A stretch of DNA of 64,000 bases from Spirochaetia bacterium. GTDB lineage: Bacteria > Spirochaetota > Spirochaetia > DAHUYW01. The notes beneath the pieces were generated by a model, which saw only the letters and a program-made list of their open reading frames with translations, was not told the origin of the DNA and searched no databases. Within the stretch, counting starts at the first letter, position 1, and the number at the start of each line of letters is the position of its first letter. The stretch is from positions 96,443 through 160,442 of the forward strand of contig JASHNV010000119.1 in the NCBI GenBank assembly GCA_030041455.1, read 5' to 3'. Position numbers and translations under genes: made by a program. Below, piece after piece: positions 48,983 to 59,749 of this stretch.

Positions 48983-49096
48983 TTACCTCTGCCGCTGCTT
49001 GTGCTTCGGATTTGAGCAGATGATCCGCACCGTACCGTGCCGCCGGATCACCTTGCACTTGTCACAGAACGGCTTTACGCTCACTCTCACTTTCAT
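48983..49096 (-). CDS. rpmJ: 50S ribosomal protein L36 (zinc-binding form)
   Basis: Manual translation [37 protein letters not shown]; not in the ORF track. Confidence 0.97.
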   Translation of the reverse strand: MKVRVSVKPFCDKCKVIRRHGTVRIICSNPKHKQRQR

Positions 49097-49133
49097 TCAC
49101 GTACCTCATGTCCGACAGGAGCCCGCGCCGAGC

Positions 49134-50462
49134 TCACAGGTTTCTCGACCTGATCTTTCCCTTCTTCACGAGCCCCTCGTGGTGGTGCATCCGCAGGTGT
49201 CCTTCGATCTGCGCCATCGTGTCGAGATCGACGCCGACGATGATGAGGAGCGACGTGCCTCCCATGAGATAGGCCACCTGCGCCGGGAAATTGAAAAAGT
49301 GCTGTACCAGGGTCGGGATAACCGCGATAAAGGTCAGAAACAGCGCGCCGGGAAGGATAATCCTGCTTAAGATTCTATTCAAGTACTCCTCGAGCTTGTC
49401 GCTTCGGATGCCCGGCACCGACCCGCCGTTCTCGCGGATCTGCTTCGAGATCTCGATCGGATTGAGCGTCACCTGCGTATAGAAATAGGCGAAGAAGACG
49501 ATGAGGAGCGCGTAGGTGACGATGTAGGGCCCTCCGCCGGGCTGCAGCCAGTAGGAGAAATCGCCGAGCCATCGCACGCTCCGACCGAGGCTCTGCGCGA
49601 TCTGGATCGGGAACGTGAGGACCGACGAGGCGAAGATGACCGGAATGACGCCGGACGGGTTGATCTTGAAGGGGATGTAGGTGCTTTGGGCGCCGTACAT
49701 CCTGCGTCCGACGACCCGCTTCGCGTAGTGGACGGGAATCTTGCGCTGTCCCTGCTGCTCGTAGATGACGAGCGCCACGACGCCCACGAACATGGCCATG
49801 ACGAGAATCACGAAGACCGGGTTCAGCTCCTTCTCGCGCACCCGGGAAATGAGCTCCGCGAACGCGTTCGGAATGCGCGCGACGATCCCGGCGAAAATGA
49901 GGAGCGAGATCCCGTTGCCGACCCCCCGCTGGGTTATTTGCTCACCCATCCACATGAGGAGAATCGTGCCGGCGGTGACCGTCACCATCGCGAGGAGCGT
50001 GTAGGGAAGGCGCGCCATGGTGATGGCGTCGGGAATCTGATTGGCGTAGACCGTCACCGTGTAGGCCTGCACGAGACAGACGAGGACCGTGCCGAGGCGG
50101 GTCCACCGGTGGATCTTCTTCTTTCCGCCCTCCTCCTCCTGGACCTTCTTCAAGCGCGGAAACACGACGACGAGGAGCTGCATGATGATCGACATCGAGA
50201 TGTACGGCATGATGCCGAGCATGAAGACCGAGAAGTGGAGGAACGCGCCGCCTGAGAAGAAGTTGATGTACTCCACGATCCCCGCCCCCGCGCCGCCCTG
50301 CTGCGACTGCGAGAGGAAGTAGAGCTTCAGCGCGTTGATGTTGATCCCGGGAATCGGGAGGATCGCGCCGAGCCTGAAGATCATGAGGATCCCCACGGTG
50401 AACAGGACGCGGTCGCGAAGGTCCTTGATGCGCAGAATGTCCAGGATCGGGTTGTTCGCCAT
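49134..50462 (-). CDS. secY: Preprotein translocase SecY
   Basis: LGIMPYISMSII, GVGNGISLLIFAGI, NPSGVIPVIFA, GGTSLLIIVGV. Confidence 0.99.
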   Translation of the reverse strand: MANNPILDILRIKDLRDRVLFTVGILMIFRLGAILPIPGININALKLYFLSQSQQGGAGAGIVEYINFFSGGAFLHFSVFMLGIMPYISMSIIMQLLVVVFPRLKKVQEEEGGKKKIHRWTRLGTVLVCLVQAYTVTVYANQIPDAITMARLPYTLLAMVTVTAGTILLMWMGEQITQRGVGNGISLLIFAGIVARIPNAFAELISRVREKELNPVFVILVMAMFVGVVALVIYEQQGQRKIPVHYAKRVVGRRMYGAQSTYIPFKINPSGVIPVIFASSVLTFPIQIAQSLGRSVRWLGDFSYWLQPGGGPYIVTYALLIVFFAYFYTQVTLNPIEISKQIRENGGSVPGIRSDKLEEYLNRILSRIILPGALFLTFIAVIPTLVQHFFNFPAQVAYLMGGTSLLIIVGVDLDTMAQIEGHLRMHHHEGLVKKGKIRSRNL

Positions 50463-50471
50463 CTTCCTTCC

Positions 50472-50924
50472 CTATGCTTCCGCGGCCGGAGCCTGAATCG
50501 ACCCGCCGGCGGCCTCGACCTTGGCGCGCGCGCCCGCCGAGATCATGTCGACCACGAATACGAGCTTCTTGTCGATCTCCCCGGAGCCGAGAATCTTGAC
50601 CGATTTCGCGATCCCCTTGATCATCCGCTTCGCGCGCAGCGTCTCCTCGCTCACGGTCTCCCCCGGGGCATAGCGCTTGCTGACCTCCCCGACGTTGACG
50701 ATGTGGAAGATCTTCTTGAAGCGGTAGTTGGAGAACCCGCGGCGGGCAATCCTGCGGTACAGCGGCATCTGGCCGCCCTCGAAACCCGGGCGAACGCCGC
50801 CGCCCGAGCGGGAGTTCTGCCCCTTGTTGCCGCGTCCGGCGGTGCCGCCGCGGTTTGAGCCGATCCCTCGCCCGACGATCCGCTTTTTCTTCGTCGCTCC
50901 CTTCGGGGCCCTGAGCTCTTCCAT
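50472..50924 (-). CDS. rplO: 50S ribosomal protein L15
   Basis: GRGIGS..G.TAGRG.KGQ.SRSG, FEGGQMPLYRR. Confidence 0.98.
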   Translation of the reverse strand: MEELRAPKGATKKKRIVGRGIGSNRGGTAGRGNKGQNSRSGGGVRPGFEGGQMPLYRRIARRGFSNYRFKKIFHIVNVGEVSKRYAPGETVSEETLRAKRMIKGIAKSVKILGSGEIDKKLVFVVDMISAGARAKVEAAGGSIQAPAAEA

Positions 50925-50928
50925 GGTT

Positions 50929-51105
50929 CTAAATCTCCTCGACCCGCACGAGATGCCCCACCGCCTTCGCCATGCCGAGAAGCGCAGGGTTCGCCTCGTG
51001 CTCGACGCACTGGTTGATCTTGCGCAAACCGAGGGCGCGGACGGTCCTTCGCTGCGACGGCAGCGAGCCGATGACGCTCCGAACGAGCCTGATTCGTATT
51101 CTCAT
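50929..51105 (-). CDS. rpmD: 50S ribosomal protein L30
   Basis: Manual translation MRIRIRLVRSVIGSLPSQRRTVRALGLRKINQCVEHEANPALLGMAKAVGHLVRVEEI; not in the ORF track. Confidence 0.95.
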   Translation of the reverse strand: MRIRIRLVRSVIGSLPSQRRTVRALGLRKINQCVEHEANPALLGMAKAVGHLVRVEEI

Positions 51106-51108
51106 GCC

Positions 51109-51636
51109 TCAACCCCACACGTCCTTCAGCGCCTTGCCTCGGTTGCGCGCGATCTGGCGCGCATCGAGGAGGTGCTCAAGCCCGTTGAACACCGCCTTCA
51201 CGATGTTCATGCTGTTCTTCGCCCCGAGCGACTTGCTGAGGATGTCGCTCACGCCTCCGGCCTCCATGATCGCGCGCACCGCCCCGCCCGCGATGATGCC
51301 GGTGCCGGGAGAAGCGGGCTTGATCATGACGGAGGAGCTTTTGTAGGTGCCGACGATCTCGTGGGGAATCGTCGAGCGCTTCACCGGGATCGTCACGAGG
51401 CTCCGCTTCGCCTTGTCGATGCTCTTGCGGATGGCCTCCGAGACGTCGTTCGCCTTCCCGAAGCCGTAGCCGACGTTGCCCTTGCCGTTGCCGACCACCG
51501 TCAGCGCCGAGAAGGAGAAGCGCCGGCCTCCCTTCACGACCTTGGCGACGCGGTTCAGCTTGACGAGCTTCTCGACAAACTCCTTGTCCCCCTCGCGGCT
51601 CCGGTCCCTGCGCTGATCCCGTTCTCGTGGTTCCAC
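51109..51636 (-). CDS. rpsE: 30S ribosomal protein S5
   Basis: NRVAKVVKGGRRFSFSAL, PASPGTGIIAGG. Confidence 0.98.
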   Translation of the reverse strand: MEPRERDQRRDRSREGDKEFVEKLVKLNRVAKVVKGGRRFSFSALTVVGNGKGNVGYGFGKANDVSEAIRKSIDKAKRSLVTIPVKRSTIPHEIVGTYKSSSVMIKPASPGTGIIAGGAVRAIMEAGGVSDILSKSLGAKNSMNIVKAVFNGLEHLLDARQIARNRGKALKDVWG

Positions 51637-51644
51637 GTCTCCCC

Positions 51645-52004
51645 CTAAAGCCTGATTCCGGCTTTTCGCGCGCCCTCGGCGACCGCCTTCACGATCCCGT
51701 GATACAGGTAGCCGTTGCGGTCGAAGACGACCTGCGCGATGTTCTTTTCCTTCAGGCGCGCGCCCAACGTCTCGCCGAGCTTCTCCGCGTTCGCGACGCT
51801 CGGCTTGAGCTCCCGCAGGCTCTTCTCGAGGTCCGCGGCGCTCACGAGCGTCCGTCCCGTGCTGTCGTCGATCACTTGGACGTAGAGGTGGCGGTTGCTG
51901 CGGAAGACGCTCATGCGGGGACGCTCGGCGGTCCCGAGGATGCGCTTTCTGATGTGCACCCTTCTCTTGAGCCTTCGGCGCTGCTTGTCCAGAATCCTGT
52001 TCAT
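51645..52004 (-). CDS. rplR: 50S ribosomal protein L18
   Basis: [28 protein letters not shown]. Confidence 0.98.
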   Translation of the reverse strand: MNRILDKQRRRLKRRVHIRKRILGTAERPRMSVFRSNRHLYVQVIDDSTGRTLVSAADLEKSLRELKPSVANAEKLGETLGARLKEKNIAQVVFDRNGYLYHGIVKAVAEGARKAGIRL

Positions 52005-52012
52005 CTCACTTC

Positions 52013-52552
52013 CTATTTCACGCCGGACTTGCCGACTTTTCTGCGAACCTTCTCGTCCTCGTAGCGAACGCCCTTGCCTTTGTAGGGGTCGGGCGCGCGC
52101 AGGCTGCGGATCTCGGCGCTCACCTGGCCGACCCGCTCCCGGTCGGCGCCGCTCACGATCACCTTGTTCTGCGCGTCGACGGTGATGGCGATGTCCTTGT
52201 CGAAGACGTACTCGATCGGCGTCGAATAGCCGAGGGTCAGAATGAGGCTCTTCCCCTTGACCTCGGCGCGGAAGCCGACGCCGTTGATGAGGAGCGCCCG
52301 GCTGAAGCCCGCCGAGACCCCCGTGACCATGTTCGACAGGAGCTTTCGGTACAGCCCATGGAAGGCGTTGCCCTCTTTCGTCTCCGCCTTGCGCACGACG
52401 AGCGCGCTGTCGCCGTCGATCGTGACGCCGACCTGCGGGCTGAAATCGCGGGAGAGCCTGCCCTTCGGCCCCTCCACGGTCACCGTGTTCCCGGAGGTCG
52501 TCACCTTCACGCCCTTCGGGATCGGAACCGGCAGTTTTCCAATTCGTGACAT
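52013..52552 (-). CDS. rplF: 50S ribosomal protein L6
   Basis: ATG 52552 MSRIGKLPV; [12 protein letters not shown]. Confidence 0.98.
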   Translation of the reverse strand: MSRIGKLPVPIPKGVKVTTSGNTVTVEGPKGRLSRDFSPQVGVTIDGDSALVVRKAETKEGNAFHGLYRKLLSNMVTGVSAGFSRALLINGVGFRAEVKGKSLILTLGYSTPIEYVFDKDIAITVDAQNKVIVSGADRERVGQVSAEIRSLRAPDPYKGKGVRYEDEKVRRKVGKSGVK

Positions 52553-52566
52553 GTTCTCCTCGCTTC

Positions 52567-52965
52567 TCACCAGACCGAACAGAGAATCTCGCCGCCGACC
52601 TTCTTCTCGGCGGCCTTTTTGCCGGTCGTCACTCCGGTAGAGGTGGAGATGATCAGGGTGCCGTAGCCGTTGTAGACGCGGGGCATCCTTCGATATCCCG
52701 CGTAAATCCGGCGGCCGGGAGTCGACACGCGCGTGATCCCGTGGATGATGGGCGAGTTCTGGTCGTCGTACTTCAGGAACACCCGGATATGGCTGTGGCC
52801 CTCCTGGGTGATTTTCTTGAAATTCTTCACGTACCCCTCGTTCTTCAGGATCTTCACGATCTCCAGCTTCAGCTTCGAGGTGGGGATATCGACTTTGTCG
52901 AACTTTGCATTGCTTGCGTTTCGGATCTTGGTCAACATATCTGCAAGTGGATCGGTAACTGACAT
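52567..52965 (-). CDS. rpsH: 30S ribosomal protein S8
   Basis: ATG 52965 [17 protein letters not shown]; [15 protein letters not shown]. Confidence 0.98.
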   Translation of the reverse strand: MSVTDPLADMLTKIRNASNAKFDKVDIPTSKLKLEIVKILKNEGYVKNFKKITQEGHSHIRVFLKYDDQNSPIIHGITRVSTPGRRIYAGYRRMPRVYNGYGTLIISTSTGVTTGKKAAEKKVGGEILCSVW

Positions 52966-52976
52966 CTCTTCACTCC

Positions 52977-53162
52977 CTACCAGCTGGATTTCGTCACTCC
53001 AGGGATCAGCCCCTCGCTCGCGAACTTTCGAAAGCAGATCCTGCACATCTGGAACTTTCTCAGGTATCCCCTGGAACGACCGCAAATCCTGCACCTGTTG
53101 ACCCTCCGGGTGCTGAACTTCGGCTTGCGTTTCGCCTTCTCGATCATCGCTTTTCGCGCCAT
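52977..53162 (-). CDS. rpsN: 30S ribosomal protein S14, zinc-binding type Z
   Basis: 61 aa; RCRICGR...CRICFR..A..G.IPGV.KSSW. Confidence 0.98.
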   Translation of the reverse strand: MARKAMIEKAKRKPKFSTRRVNRCRICGRSRGYLRKFQMCRICFRKFASEGLIPGVTKSSW

Positions 53163-53174
53163 GCAAGAGTCTCC

Positions 53175-53735
53175 TTACTTCCTAAAGGGCATTCCGAGCT
53201 TCGCCAAAAGGCTGCGCGCCTCCTGGTCCGTCCTCGCCGTCGTGACAATGGAAACGTTCAGCCCGCTCACGCGCTCGATCTTGTCGTAGTCGATCTCCGG
53301 AAAGATGATCTGCTCGGTGACGCCGAGCGAAAAGTTGCCGTGACCGTCGAAGCCGGCCGGATTGATGCCGCGAAAGTCCTTGACGCGCGGAAGCGCGACG
53401 TTCGTCAGCCGGTCGAGGAACTCCCACATCCTCGCGCCGCGCAAGGTCACCTTTGCCCCGATCTCCTGTCCCTCGCGAAGCTTGAAGTTCGCGATCGACT
53501 TCCGCGCCTTGGTCTTCATGACCTTCTGGCCGGTGATCTGCTCCATCTCCTTGACCGTTGCGTCGAGCAGCTTCTTGTTGGCGATCGCTTCCCCGACGCC
53601 CGCGCTCACGATGATCTTCTCGATGCGCGGAATCTGCATCACCGTGACGTAGCCGAATTCCTCGCGGAGCTCCCCGGCGATCCGCTCATAGCGCTTCTTC
53701 AGGCTCGGCACGTAGCCGCTCGTCGTCGCGCTCAT
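53175..53735 (-). CDS. rplE: 50S ribosomal protein L5
   Basis: ATG 53735; [24 protein letters not shown]. Confidence 0.98.
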   Translation of the reverse strand: MSATTSGYVPSLKKRYERIAGELREEFGYVTVMQIPRIEKIIVSAGVGEAIANKKLLDATVKEMEQITGQKVMKTKARKSIANFKLREGQEIGAKVTLRGARMWEFLDRLTNVALPRVKDFRGINPAGFDGHGNFSLGVTEQIIFPEIDYDKIERVSGLNVSIVTTARTDQEARSLLAKLGMPFRK

Positions 53736-54079
53736 TACAGGGTCTCTCCGCACTTGCGGCAGACGCGGACCTTCGTGCCGCCGTCGAACTTATAGCCGAT
53801 GCGGCTCGGCCCGCAGGTCTTGCAGACGATCTGGAGGTTCGACACGTCGATCGCGGCCTCGATGTCGATGATGCCGCCCTTGTCGGTCGCCTTGCGCTTC
53901 TTCACCGCCTTCTTGACCAAGTTGACGCCCTGGACGTAGACGCGGCCCCTGTCGCGATCGATGCGGAGCACGCGGCCCGTCTTGCCCCGCTCCTTGCCGG
54001 CTATGACGCGGACCGAGTCGTCCTTTTTCAGCTTGACCGGCTTGTCGATGACCTTGTCTCTCCTGCCGAGGTATGCCAT
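53735..54079 (-). CDS. rplX: 50S ribosomal protein L24
   Basis: KOW motif [24 protein letters not shown]. Confidence 0.97.
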   Translation of the reverse strand: MAYLGRRDKVIDKPVKLKKDDSVRVIAGKERGKTGRVLRIDRDRGRVYVQGVNLVKKAVKKRKATDKGGIIDIEAAIDVSNLQIVCKTCGPSRIGYKFDGGTKVRVCRKCGETL

Positions 54080-54094
54080 GTACGCTCTCCTTCG

Positions 54095-54463
54095 TCAGAG
54101 TACTTCAGGCGCGAGGGAAACGATCTTGATGTACGCGCCTTCGCGAAGCTCGCGCGCCACCGGCCCGAAAACGCGCTTCCCCCGCGGATTGCCGCTCGGA
54201 TCGAGGATCACGCACGCGTTGTCGTCGAAGCGGATGTAGGTGCCGTCCTTGCGCCGGTACTCCTTTCGCACCCGCACCACGACCGCCTTGTGGACGTCGC
54301 CCTTCTTGATGGCGCCGTGGGGAAGGGCGTCCTTCACCGCGACGACGATGAGCCCTCCGACGCGCGCGTACTTCTTCCTCGTGCCGCCGAGAACCTTGAT
54401 GCATTGAACGAGCTTCGCCCCGCTGTTGTCGGCGACGTTCAGGAAGGTTTCCTGCTGTATCAT
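54095..54463 (-). CDS. rplN: 50S ribosomal protein L14
   Basis: [33 protein letters not shown]. Confidence 0.99.
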   Translation of the reverse strand: MIQQETFLNVADNSGAKLVQCIKVLGGTRKKYARVGGLIVVAVKDALPHGAIKKGDVHKAVVVRVRKEYRRKDGTYIRFDDNACVILDPSGNPRGKRVFGPVARELREGAYIKIVSLAPEVL

Positions 54464-54483
54464 GTCTTTTCCCTTCTACACCG

Positions 54484-54762
54484 CTACTTCGCCCGCTCGA
54501 CGATTTCCTGCAGGCTCCAGCGCTTCTCCTTGCTCACGGGGCGCGCTTCCACGATGCGGACGGTGTCGCCAAGGTGCGCTTCGTTCTTCTCGTCGTGCGC
54601 CTTGACCTTCTTGCTCCGGGTGACGTACTTCTTGTACAGCCGATGGAGCTTGCGGGTGGTGATCTTCACGACGATCGTCTTCTGCATCTTGTCGCTTACG
54701 ACCTCGCCGACGAACGTGCGCTTGCCGCTCTTCTGTGTCTTGCCTGCCGCCTCGCTTTCCAC
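54484..54762 (-). CDS. rpsQ: 30S ribosomal protein S17
   Basis: [28 protein letters not shown]. Confidence 0.98.
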   Translation of the reverse strand: MESEAAGKTQKSGKRTFVGEVVSDKMQKTIVVKITTRKLHRLYKKYVTRSKKVKAHDEKNEAHLGDTVRIVEARPVSKEKRWSLQEIVERAK

Positions 54763-54772
54763 GTGCAGTCTC

Positions 54773-54988
54773 CTATTCCTTCTTTTCCCGTTGCTTTCTC
54801 AAGCCGAGCGCGAACTCGTGGATGATGGTGTTGAGCCGGGCGATTTTGCGCTTCAGGTTGCGTCGCTCAAGCGGATTGTCGACGTGGTGCACGACCATGT
54901 CGATGCGGAGATCGAGGAACTTCTTCCTGAGCTCAACCCGCTTCGTGACGAGCTCGGCGTAGCCGAGGTCCTTGAAAGAGTCTCTCAT
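54773..54988 (-). CDS. rpmC: 50S ribosomal protein L29
   Basis: EL...F.LR, NP...R.LKR.IARL.T; position in the S10 operon. Confidence 0.95.
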   Translation of the reverse strand: MRDSFKDLGYAELVTKRVELRKKFLDLRIDMVVHHVDNPLERRNLKRKIARLNTIIHEFALGLRKQREKKE

Positions 54989-55000
54989 GATCCGGTCTCC

Positions 55001-55423
55001 TCACTGCAGCTCGCTGCGCGCGACGATCTTCGACTTGACCGGCAGCTTGCTTCCCGCGAGCGTCATGGCCTCGTGCGCGAGCTTCGCGTCGACGCCCCCC
55101 ATCTCGAACATGACGGTCCCGGGCTTGACGACCGCGACCCAGTACTCCGGGTTGCCCTTGCCCTTGCCCATGCGCGTCTCGGCCGGTTTCTTCGTATAGG
55201 GCATGTCCGGGAAAATTCTGATCCAAACCTTGCCGCCGCGCTTCACGTGCCGCGTCATGGCGATACGGGCCGCCTCGATCTGGCGGTTGGTGATCCACTT
55301 CGGCTCGAGGGACATCAGCCCGTAATCGCCGAAGGACACCTTGTTTCCGCGCGTCGCCTTGCCCGTGAGGCCCGCCGACTTGCGCTGCTTCTTGCGGTAT
55401 TTCGTTTTCGCCGGACTCAGCAT
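55001..55423 (-). CDS. rplP: 50S ribosomal protein L16
   Basis: [28 protein letters not shown]. Confidence 0.99.
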   Translation of the reverse strand: MLSPAKTKYRKKQRKSAGLTGKATRGNKVSFGDYGLMSLEPKWITNRQIEAARIAMTRHVKRGGKVWIRIFPDMPYTKKPAETRMGKGKGNPEYWVAVVKPGTVMFEMGGVDAKLAHEAMTLAGSKLPVKSKIVARSELQ

Positions 55424-56263
55424 TTATTCCGTCGCTCCCCTTGCGTGCTCGGCCCTCGCGCCGGCCGTCTCGCCCACCGGCTCCGGCACGTGCCGCTCGA
55501 CCGGGGTTCGGCTCCGCTCGGCGCGAGCCGGCCGGTCGGCCTCGCCCGCCGAGCGCGGCCGCTCGCCGGCTTCGCTCCGCGTCGCGCGCTGCTTCTTCAC
55601 GAGAAGCCCGGCGTCCTCTTTGCGATCGCGCCTGAGGATCTCGCCGTTGAAGACCCACACCTTGACGCCGATCTTTCCGAAGGTCGTTTCGGCCTCCGCG
55701 AAGCCGTAGTCGATGTTCGCCCGGAGCGTATGGAGCGGCACCCGCCCGTCCTTGTACTGCTCCGTCCGCTTCATCTCGCTTCCGCCGAGCCTGCCCGCGA
55801 TCTTGACCTTGACGCCCTGGACGCCCGCCTTCAGGGCGTTGTTGACTGCCATCTTGAGCGCGCGGCGAAACGAGCCGCGCTGGCGGAGCTGGCGGGCGAC
55901 GTTGAGCGCGATGAGCTGCGCGTCGACCTCCGGGCGCTTGATCTCCTTGATCTTCAGCTGGATCTTCTTGCCCGCGACGAGCTGCAGGCGCGTGCCGATC
56001 TTCTCGATGTTCGCGCCCTTCGCCCCGATGATGATCCCCGGTCTCGACGTGTGAATGATGATGGTCACGCGCTGCGGATGCCTGATGATCTCCACGTCGG
56101 CGATGTCGGCGCCCTTGGTCTCCGGGCAGGTGAAGATGGCGTTTCGGATCGCAAGGTCTTCGTGCAGGGTGTTCGCGTATTCCCGGGGATCCACGAACCA
56201 CTTCGACTTCCAGGTCTTGTTGATGCCGATCCGAAGCCCGATCGGATTTACTTTCTGTCCCAC
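55424..56263 (-). CDS. rpsC: 30S ribosomal protein S3 (with C-terminal extension)
   Basis: GTG 56263 GQKVNPIGLRIG; GRVPLHTLRANIDYG. Confidence 0.98.
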   Translation of the reverse strand: MGQKVNPIGLRIGINKTWKSKWFVDPREYANTLHEDLAIRNAIFTCPETKGADIADVEIIRHPQRVTIIIHTSRPGIIIGAKGANIEKIGTRLQLVAGKKIQLKIKEIKRPEVDAQLIALNVARQLRQRGSFRRALKMAVNNALKAGVQGVKVKIAGRLGGSEMKRTEQYKDGRVPLHTLRANIDYGFAEAETTFGKIGVKVWVFNGEILRRDRKEDAGLLVKKQRATRSEAGERPRSAGEADRPARAERSRTPVERHVPEPVGETAGARAEHARGATE

Positions 56264-56264
56264 G

Positions 56265-56627
56265 TTACTCCCCCGCCTGCGCAATCTCGTCGACGACGAC
56301 CGAGACATGGCTCATTCGCTTCAACAGAATGTCCCGCTTGCCCCTCGAGCGCGGCCAGACGCGCCGCATGCGCGGCCCGTCGTCCACGAGGAGCTCCTTG
56401 ATGAACAGCATATCCTCGTCGAGGTTCTTGTTCTGCACGAGCGCGTTCGCGGCGGCCGACTGGAGGAGCTTCCGCAGGAAGCGCGCGCCCTTCTGCGGAA
56501 GGCTCTCGAGAATGGCGACGGCCTCCGAATAGGGCTTGCGCCGGATGTGCGCCGCGACGCGCCTGAGCTTGTCGGGCGAGATCAACAGACGGATGGCGCT
56601 CGCCCGATACCCCTTCTTCGCTTCCAT
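56265..56627 (-). CDS. rplV: 50S ribosomal protein L22
   Basis: SPDKLR.VA, SAAANA, GP.M.R..PR.RG. Confidence 0.97.
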   Translation of the reverse strand: MEAKKGYRASAIRLLISPDKLRRVAAHIRRKPYSEAVAILESLPQKGARFLRKLLQSAAANALVQNKNLDEDMLFIKELLVDDGPRMRRVWPRSRGKRDILLKRMSHVSVVVDEIAQAGE

Positions 56628-56638
56628 GCTGCCGCTCC

Positions 56639-56920
56639 CTACTTCTTCACGGCTTTCTTGTCCGAGCCGGAGTGGCCTCGAAACAGCCGAGTCGGCGAGA
56701 ACTCGCCGAGCTTGTGCCCGACGAGATTTTCGGTGACGTACACCGGCACCCAGGTCTTGCCGTTATACACGGAGATGGTGACCCCGACCATTTCCGGAAT
56801 GATGGTCGAGCAACGCGAGTAGGTCTTCAGCATCTTCTTGTCCCCGACCTTTCCCATCTCGACGACGCGCTTGTAGAGCTTCTTCTCGATGAACGGGCCC
56901 TTCTTGATTGACCTAGCCAC
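56639..56920 (-). CDS. rpsS: 30S ribosomal protein S19
   Basis: [27 protein letters not shown]. Confidence 0.99.
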   Translation of the reverse strand: MARSIKKGPFIEKKLYKRVVEMGKVGDKKMLKTYSRCSTIIPEMVGVTISVYNGKTWVPVYVTENLVGHKLGEFSPTRLFRGHSGSDKKAVKK

Positions 56921-56929
56921 TGACTTCTC

Positions 56930-57754
56930 CTACCGCCGCCGCTTGACGATGAATCTGCTCGACAGCTTGCGCTTGTTGCGCGTTTTGTATCCGCGGGTCG
57001 GCCTCCCCCAAGGGGTCACCGGATGGCGGCCGCCTGAGGTCTTGCCCTCGCCGCCGCCGTGGGGATGGTCGTGCGGGTTCATGGACACGCCGCGGTTCGC
57101 CGGCCTGATTCCGAGCCATCGCGAGCGTCCGGCCTTCCCGAGGGAGGTGTTCATGTGGTCCTCGTTGCTCACCTCGCCGAGCGTCGCGTAGCATCGTTTG
57201 AATACCAGCCGCATTTCCCCGGACGGAAGACGCAGGGTGACGTAGTCGCCCTCTTTCGCGACGATCACGGCGCTCGTGCCCGCCGAGCGCACGAGCTGGC
57301 CTCCCCGGCCGAGCTGAAGCTCCACGTTGTGGACCGTGAGACCGACCGGAATCGAGTCGAGGGGAAGCGCGTTCCCGATCTCGATGGGAGCGACAGGCCC
57401 GCTTACCACCTCGCGGCCGACCGCGAGGCCCTTGGGCGCGAGGATGTAGCGCTTCTCTCCGTCCTTGTAGACGACGAGCGCGATGTTCGCGGTCCGGTTC
57501 GGGTCGTACTCGATCGTCGCGACCCTGCCCGGAATGCCGACCTTGTCCCGGCGAAAATCGATCTCGCGGTAGCGGCGCTTGTGCTGGCCGCCCTTGTGCC
57601 ACACCGCGATGCGGCCGCCGGCGCCTCGTCCCGCCTTGAACGGCTTTCCCTTGACGAGCGACTTCAGCGGCTTCTTCGCGGTGATCTCGCTGAAGTCGAG
57701 GACGCTCGTGAAGCGCAGCGACTGCGTTCTCGGCTTATAGGTCTTTATCCCCAT
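56930..57754 (-). CDS. rplB: 50S ribosomal protein L2
   Basis: ATG 57754; [25 protein letters not shown]. Confidence 0.99.
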   Translation of the reverse strand: MGIKTYKPRTQSLRFTSVLDFSEITAKKPLKSLVKGKPFKAGRGAGGRIAVWHKGGQHKRRYREIDFRRDKVGIPGRVATIEYDPNRTANIALVVYKDGEKRYILAPKGLAVGREVVSGPVAPIEIGNALPLDSIPVGLTVHNVELQLGRGGQLVRSAGTSAVIVAKEGDYVTLRLPSGEMRLVFKRCYATLGEVSNEDHMNTSLGKAGRSRWLGIRPANRGVSMNPHDHPHGGGEGKTSGGRHPVTPWGRPTRGYKTRNKRKLSSRFIVKRRR

Positions 57755-57780
57755 GTGCTGTTCCCCTGTATCCGGCCTGC

Positions 57781-58083
57781 TCAGCCGCCCTCGAAGATGT
57801 CGATCTTGTCGGCGCCTCGGAGGGTGACGATCGCCTTCTTCCACGTCTCGGTGTGCCCGGCGTGGAACCCGGACCTCGACCGCGACGAGCGCGGCTTCGG
57901 CTTGACGTTCATGATATGGCAGGAGAGCGGCTTCACCTGGAAAAGCTCCCGCACGGCGTTCATGACCTCGACTTTGTTCGCCCGCTGATCCACCCGAAAG
58001 ACGTACCGCTTCGTCTTCCCCTCCCGGAGCGCATTGGTCTTCTCGGTCACGACGGGCTCGATAATCACCTTGTCAGCGTCCAT
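57781..58083 (-). CDS. rplW: 50S ribosomal protein L23
   Basis: [24 protein letters not shown]. Confidence 0.97.
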   Translation of the reverse strand: MDADKVIIEPVVTEKTNALREGKTKRYVFRVDQRANKVEVMNAVRELFQVKPLSCHIMNVKPKPRSSRSRSGFHAGHTETWKKAIVTLRGADKIDIFEGG

Positions 58084-58723
58084 CTCCGCTCCCATCCCGG
58101 CGCTCGCCGTAGAAGTCGTTCAATTTCAGCGCCGCCGTCTCGAGCACGAGCACCTTCCTTCCGTAGTAGAGGTCGTGGGCGCACAGGCGGTTGTAGCTGA
58201 GGAAGGTCACGAGCGGAAGGTTCCGTCCGGCCCGCCTGATCATCCCGTCGTCGGCCCCGAGAACGAGCACGGTCCGCTCGGTGGCGGCGAGCTTCGCGAG
58301 GATCGTCTTGAGGTCCTTGGTCTTGCCGGTCTCGACGGTGAAATCCTCGACGACCTTCAGGCTCTCGTCCTTCACCTTCATCGAGAGGATCGATTTCATG
58401 GCGAGGCGCTTGATCTTCTTCGGGGTCGTGTAGCCGAAGTCGCGCGGGCGCGGCCCGAAAATGATGCCTCCGCCCACCCAAATGGGCGAGCGCTTGTGGC
58501 CCGCGCGCGCGCGCCCCGTGCCTTTCTGGGCCCAGGGCTTCGCGCCGCTTCCCTTCACTTCCGCGCGGGTCTTCGTGGAAGCGGTGCCCTGCCGTCGATT
58601 CGCGAGCTCGTTGCGGATCGCGTAGTAGACCGAGCCCCTGCTGATCTCGCAGCCGAACACGCCGTCGGCGAGCTCGATCTCCTTCACCGGCTCTCCGTGA
58701 ACCGAGTAAACCTTCGCGTTCAT
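58073..58723 (-). CDS. rplD: 50S ribosomal protein L4
   Basis: RQGTASTKTRAEV, KPWAQKGTGRARAG, GGG..FGP.PR. Confidence 0.98.
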   Translation of the reverse strand: MNAKVYSVHGEPVKEIELADGVFGCEISRGSVYYAIRNELANRRQGTASTKTRAEVKGSGAKPWAQKGTGRARAGHKRSPIWVGGGIIFGPRPRDFGYTTPKKIKRLAMKSILSMKVKDESLKVVEDFTVETGKTKDLKTILAKLAATERTVLVLGADDGMIRRAGRNLPLVTFLSYNRLCAHDLYYGRKVLVLETAALKLNDFYGERRDGSGDGR

Positions 58724-59347
58724 CTACTGCCTCTTCTTCGCGCTCGTCACCAAGACCATCGTCATCCTCGGGCCGGGGATCGCGCCGCGCACGAGGAGCG
58801 CCTTGTTTTCCGCGTCGACGGCCATCACCCGCAGGTTCTGGATCGTCGTCCGCTCCCGGCCCATCCGTCCGGGCATGCGCCGGCCTTTCGGCGTATGGCC
58901 CGGGAAGGTATTCATACCGGTGGAGCCGCCCTCGCGGTGGAACTTGGCGCCGTGACCCCCGGGACCTCCGTGGAAGCCGTGGCGCTTCATGACTCCCTGG
59001 TACCCCTTGCCCTTCGAGGTGCCCACGACGTCGACGAGGTCGGCCTCCTTGAACAGATCGATCCCGAGAGTCTCCCCGACCTTGCACTCCTTGCCGAAGT
59101 CGCGGACTTCCGCGAGAAACCGCGTCGGCGCGATGCTCTCGCCGAACTGTCCCGCGTAGGGCTTTGAGGCGAGCGTCTTGCGCAGAGCGACCGAGCCGAG
59201 AACCGCGGCGCTGTAGCCGTGCTTGTCGACCTCCCGCTTCTGAACGACCACGTTGTCCTCGATCAGGATGACGGTCACGGGAGTGAGGACTCCCTTCTCG
59301 TCGAACACCTGCGTCATCCCGACCTTTCGGCCGATGAGCCCTACCAT
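58724..59347 (-). CDS. rplC: 50S ribosomal protein L3
   Basis: [23 protein letters not shown]. Confidence 0.98.
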   Translation of the reverse strand: MVGLIGRKVGMTQVFDEKGVLTPVTVILIEDNVVVQKREVDKHGYSAAVLGSVALRKTLASKPYAGQFGESIAPTRFLAEVRDFGKECKVGETLGIDLFKEADLVDVVGTSKGKGYQGVMKRHGFHGGPGGHGAKFHREGGSTGMNTFPGHTPKGRRMPGRMGRERTTIQNLRVMAVDAENKALLVRGAIPGPRMTMVLVTSAKKRQ

Positions 59348-59385
59348 CTCCTACCTCACCTTGAGCGCCCAAGCGGCGCCTTGTC

Positions 59386-59694
59386 CTACTGTTTTATCTC
59401 GACGTCCACGCCCGCCGGAAGCTCGAGCCTCATGAGAGAATCCATGACCGCCGAGGAGGGATCGAGGATGTCGATCAGCCGCTTGTGCGTCCGCATCTCG
59501 AACTGCTCGCGGGACTTCTTGTTGACGTGCGGCGAGCGGAGCACCGTGAACTTGTTGATGCGGGTCGGCAGGGGAATGGGGCCCGCGACCTTGGCTCCCG
59601 CCTTCGCGACCGTCGACACGATCGCCTTGGCGCTCTGGTCGATGAGCTCGACGTCGAATCCGCGAAGCCTCACCCTGATTCTGTCCCGTGCCAT
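59386..59694 (-). CDS. rpsJ: 30S ribosomal protein S10
   Basis: [30 protein letters not shown]. Confidence 0.99.
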   Translation of the reverse strand: MARDRIRVRLRGFDVELIDQSAKAIVSTVAKAGAKVAGPIPLPTRINKFTVLRSPHVNKKSREQFEMRTHKRLIDILDPSSAVMDSLMRLELPAGVDVEIKQ

Positions 59695-59703
59695 GGTCCC
59701 TCC

Positions 59704-59742
59704 AAAAAGAGGGTCCCGACGCCTCGCGGCGGCGGGACCCTC
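59704..59742 (-). terminator. Intrinsic terminator between tuf and rpsJ
   Basis: GAGGGTCCCG/CGGGACCCTC 10-bp stem plus inner CGCC-GCGA-GGCG (GNRA loop), followed by U5 and then the rpsJ SD. Confidence 0.75.
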
Positions 59743-59749
59743 TCAATCC

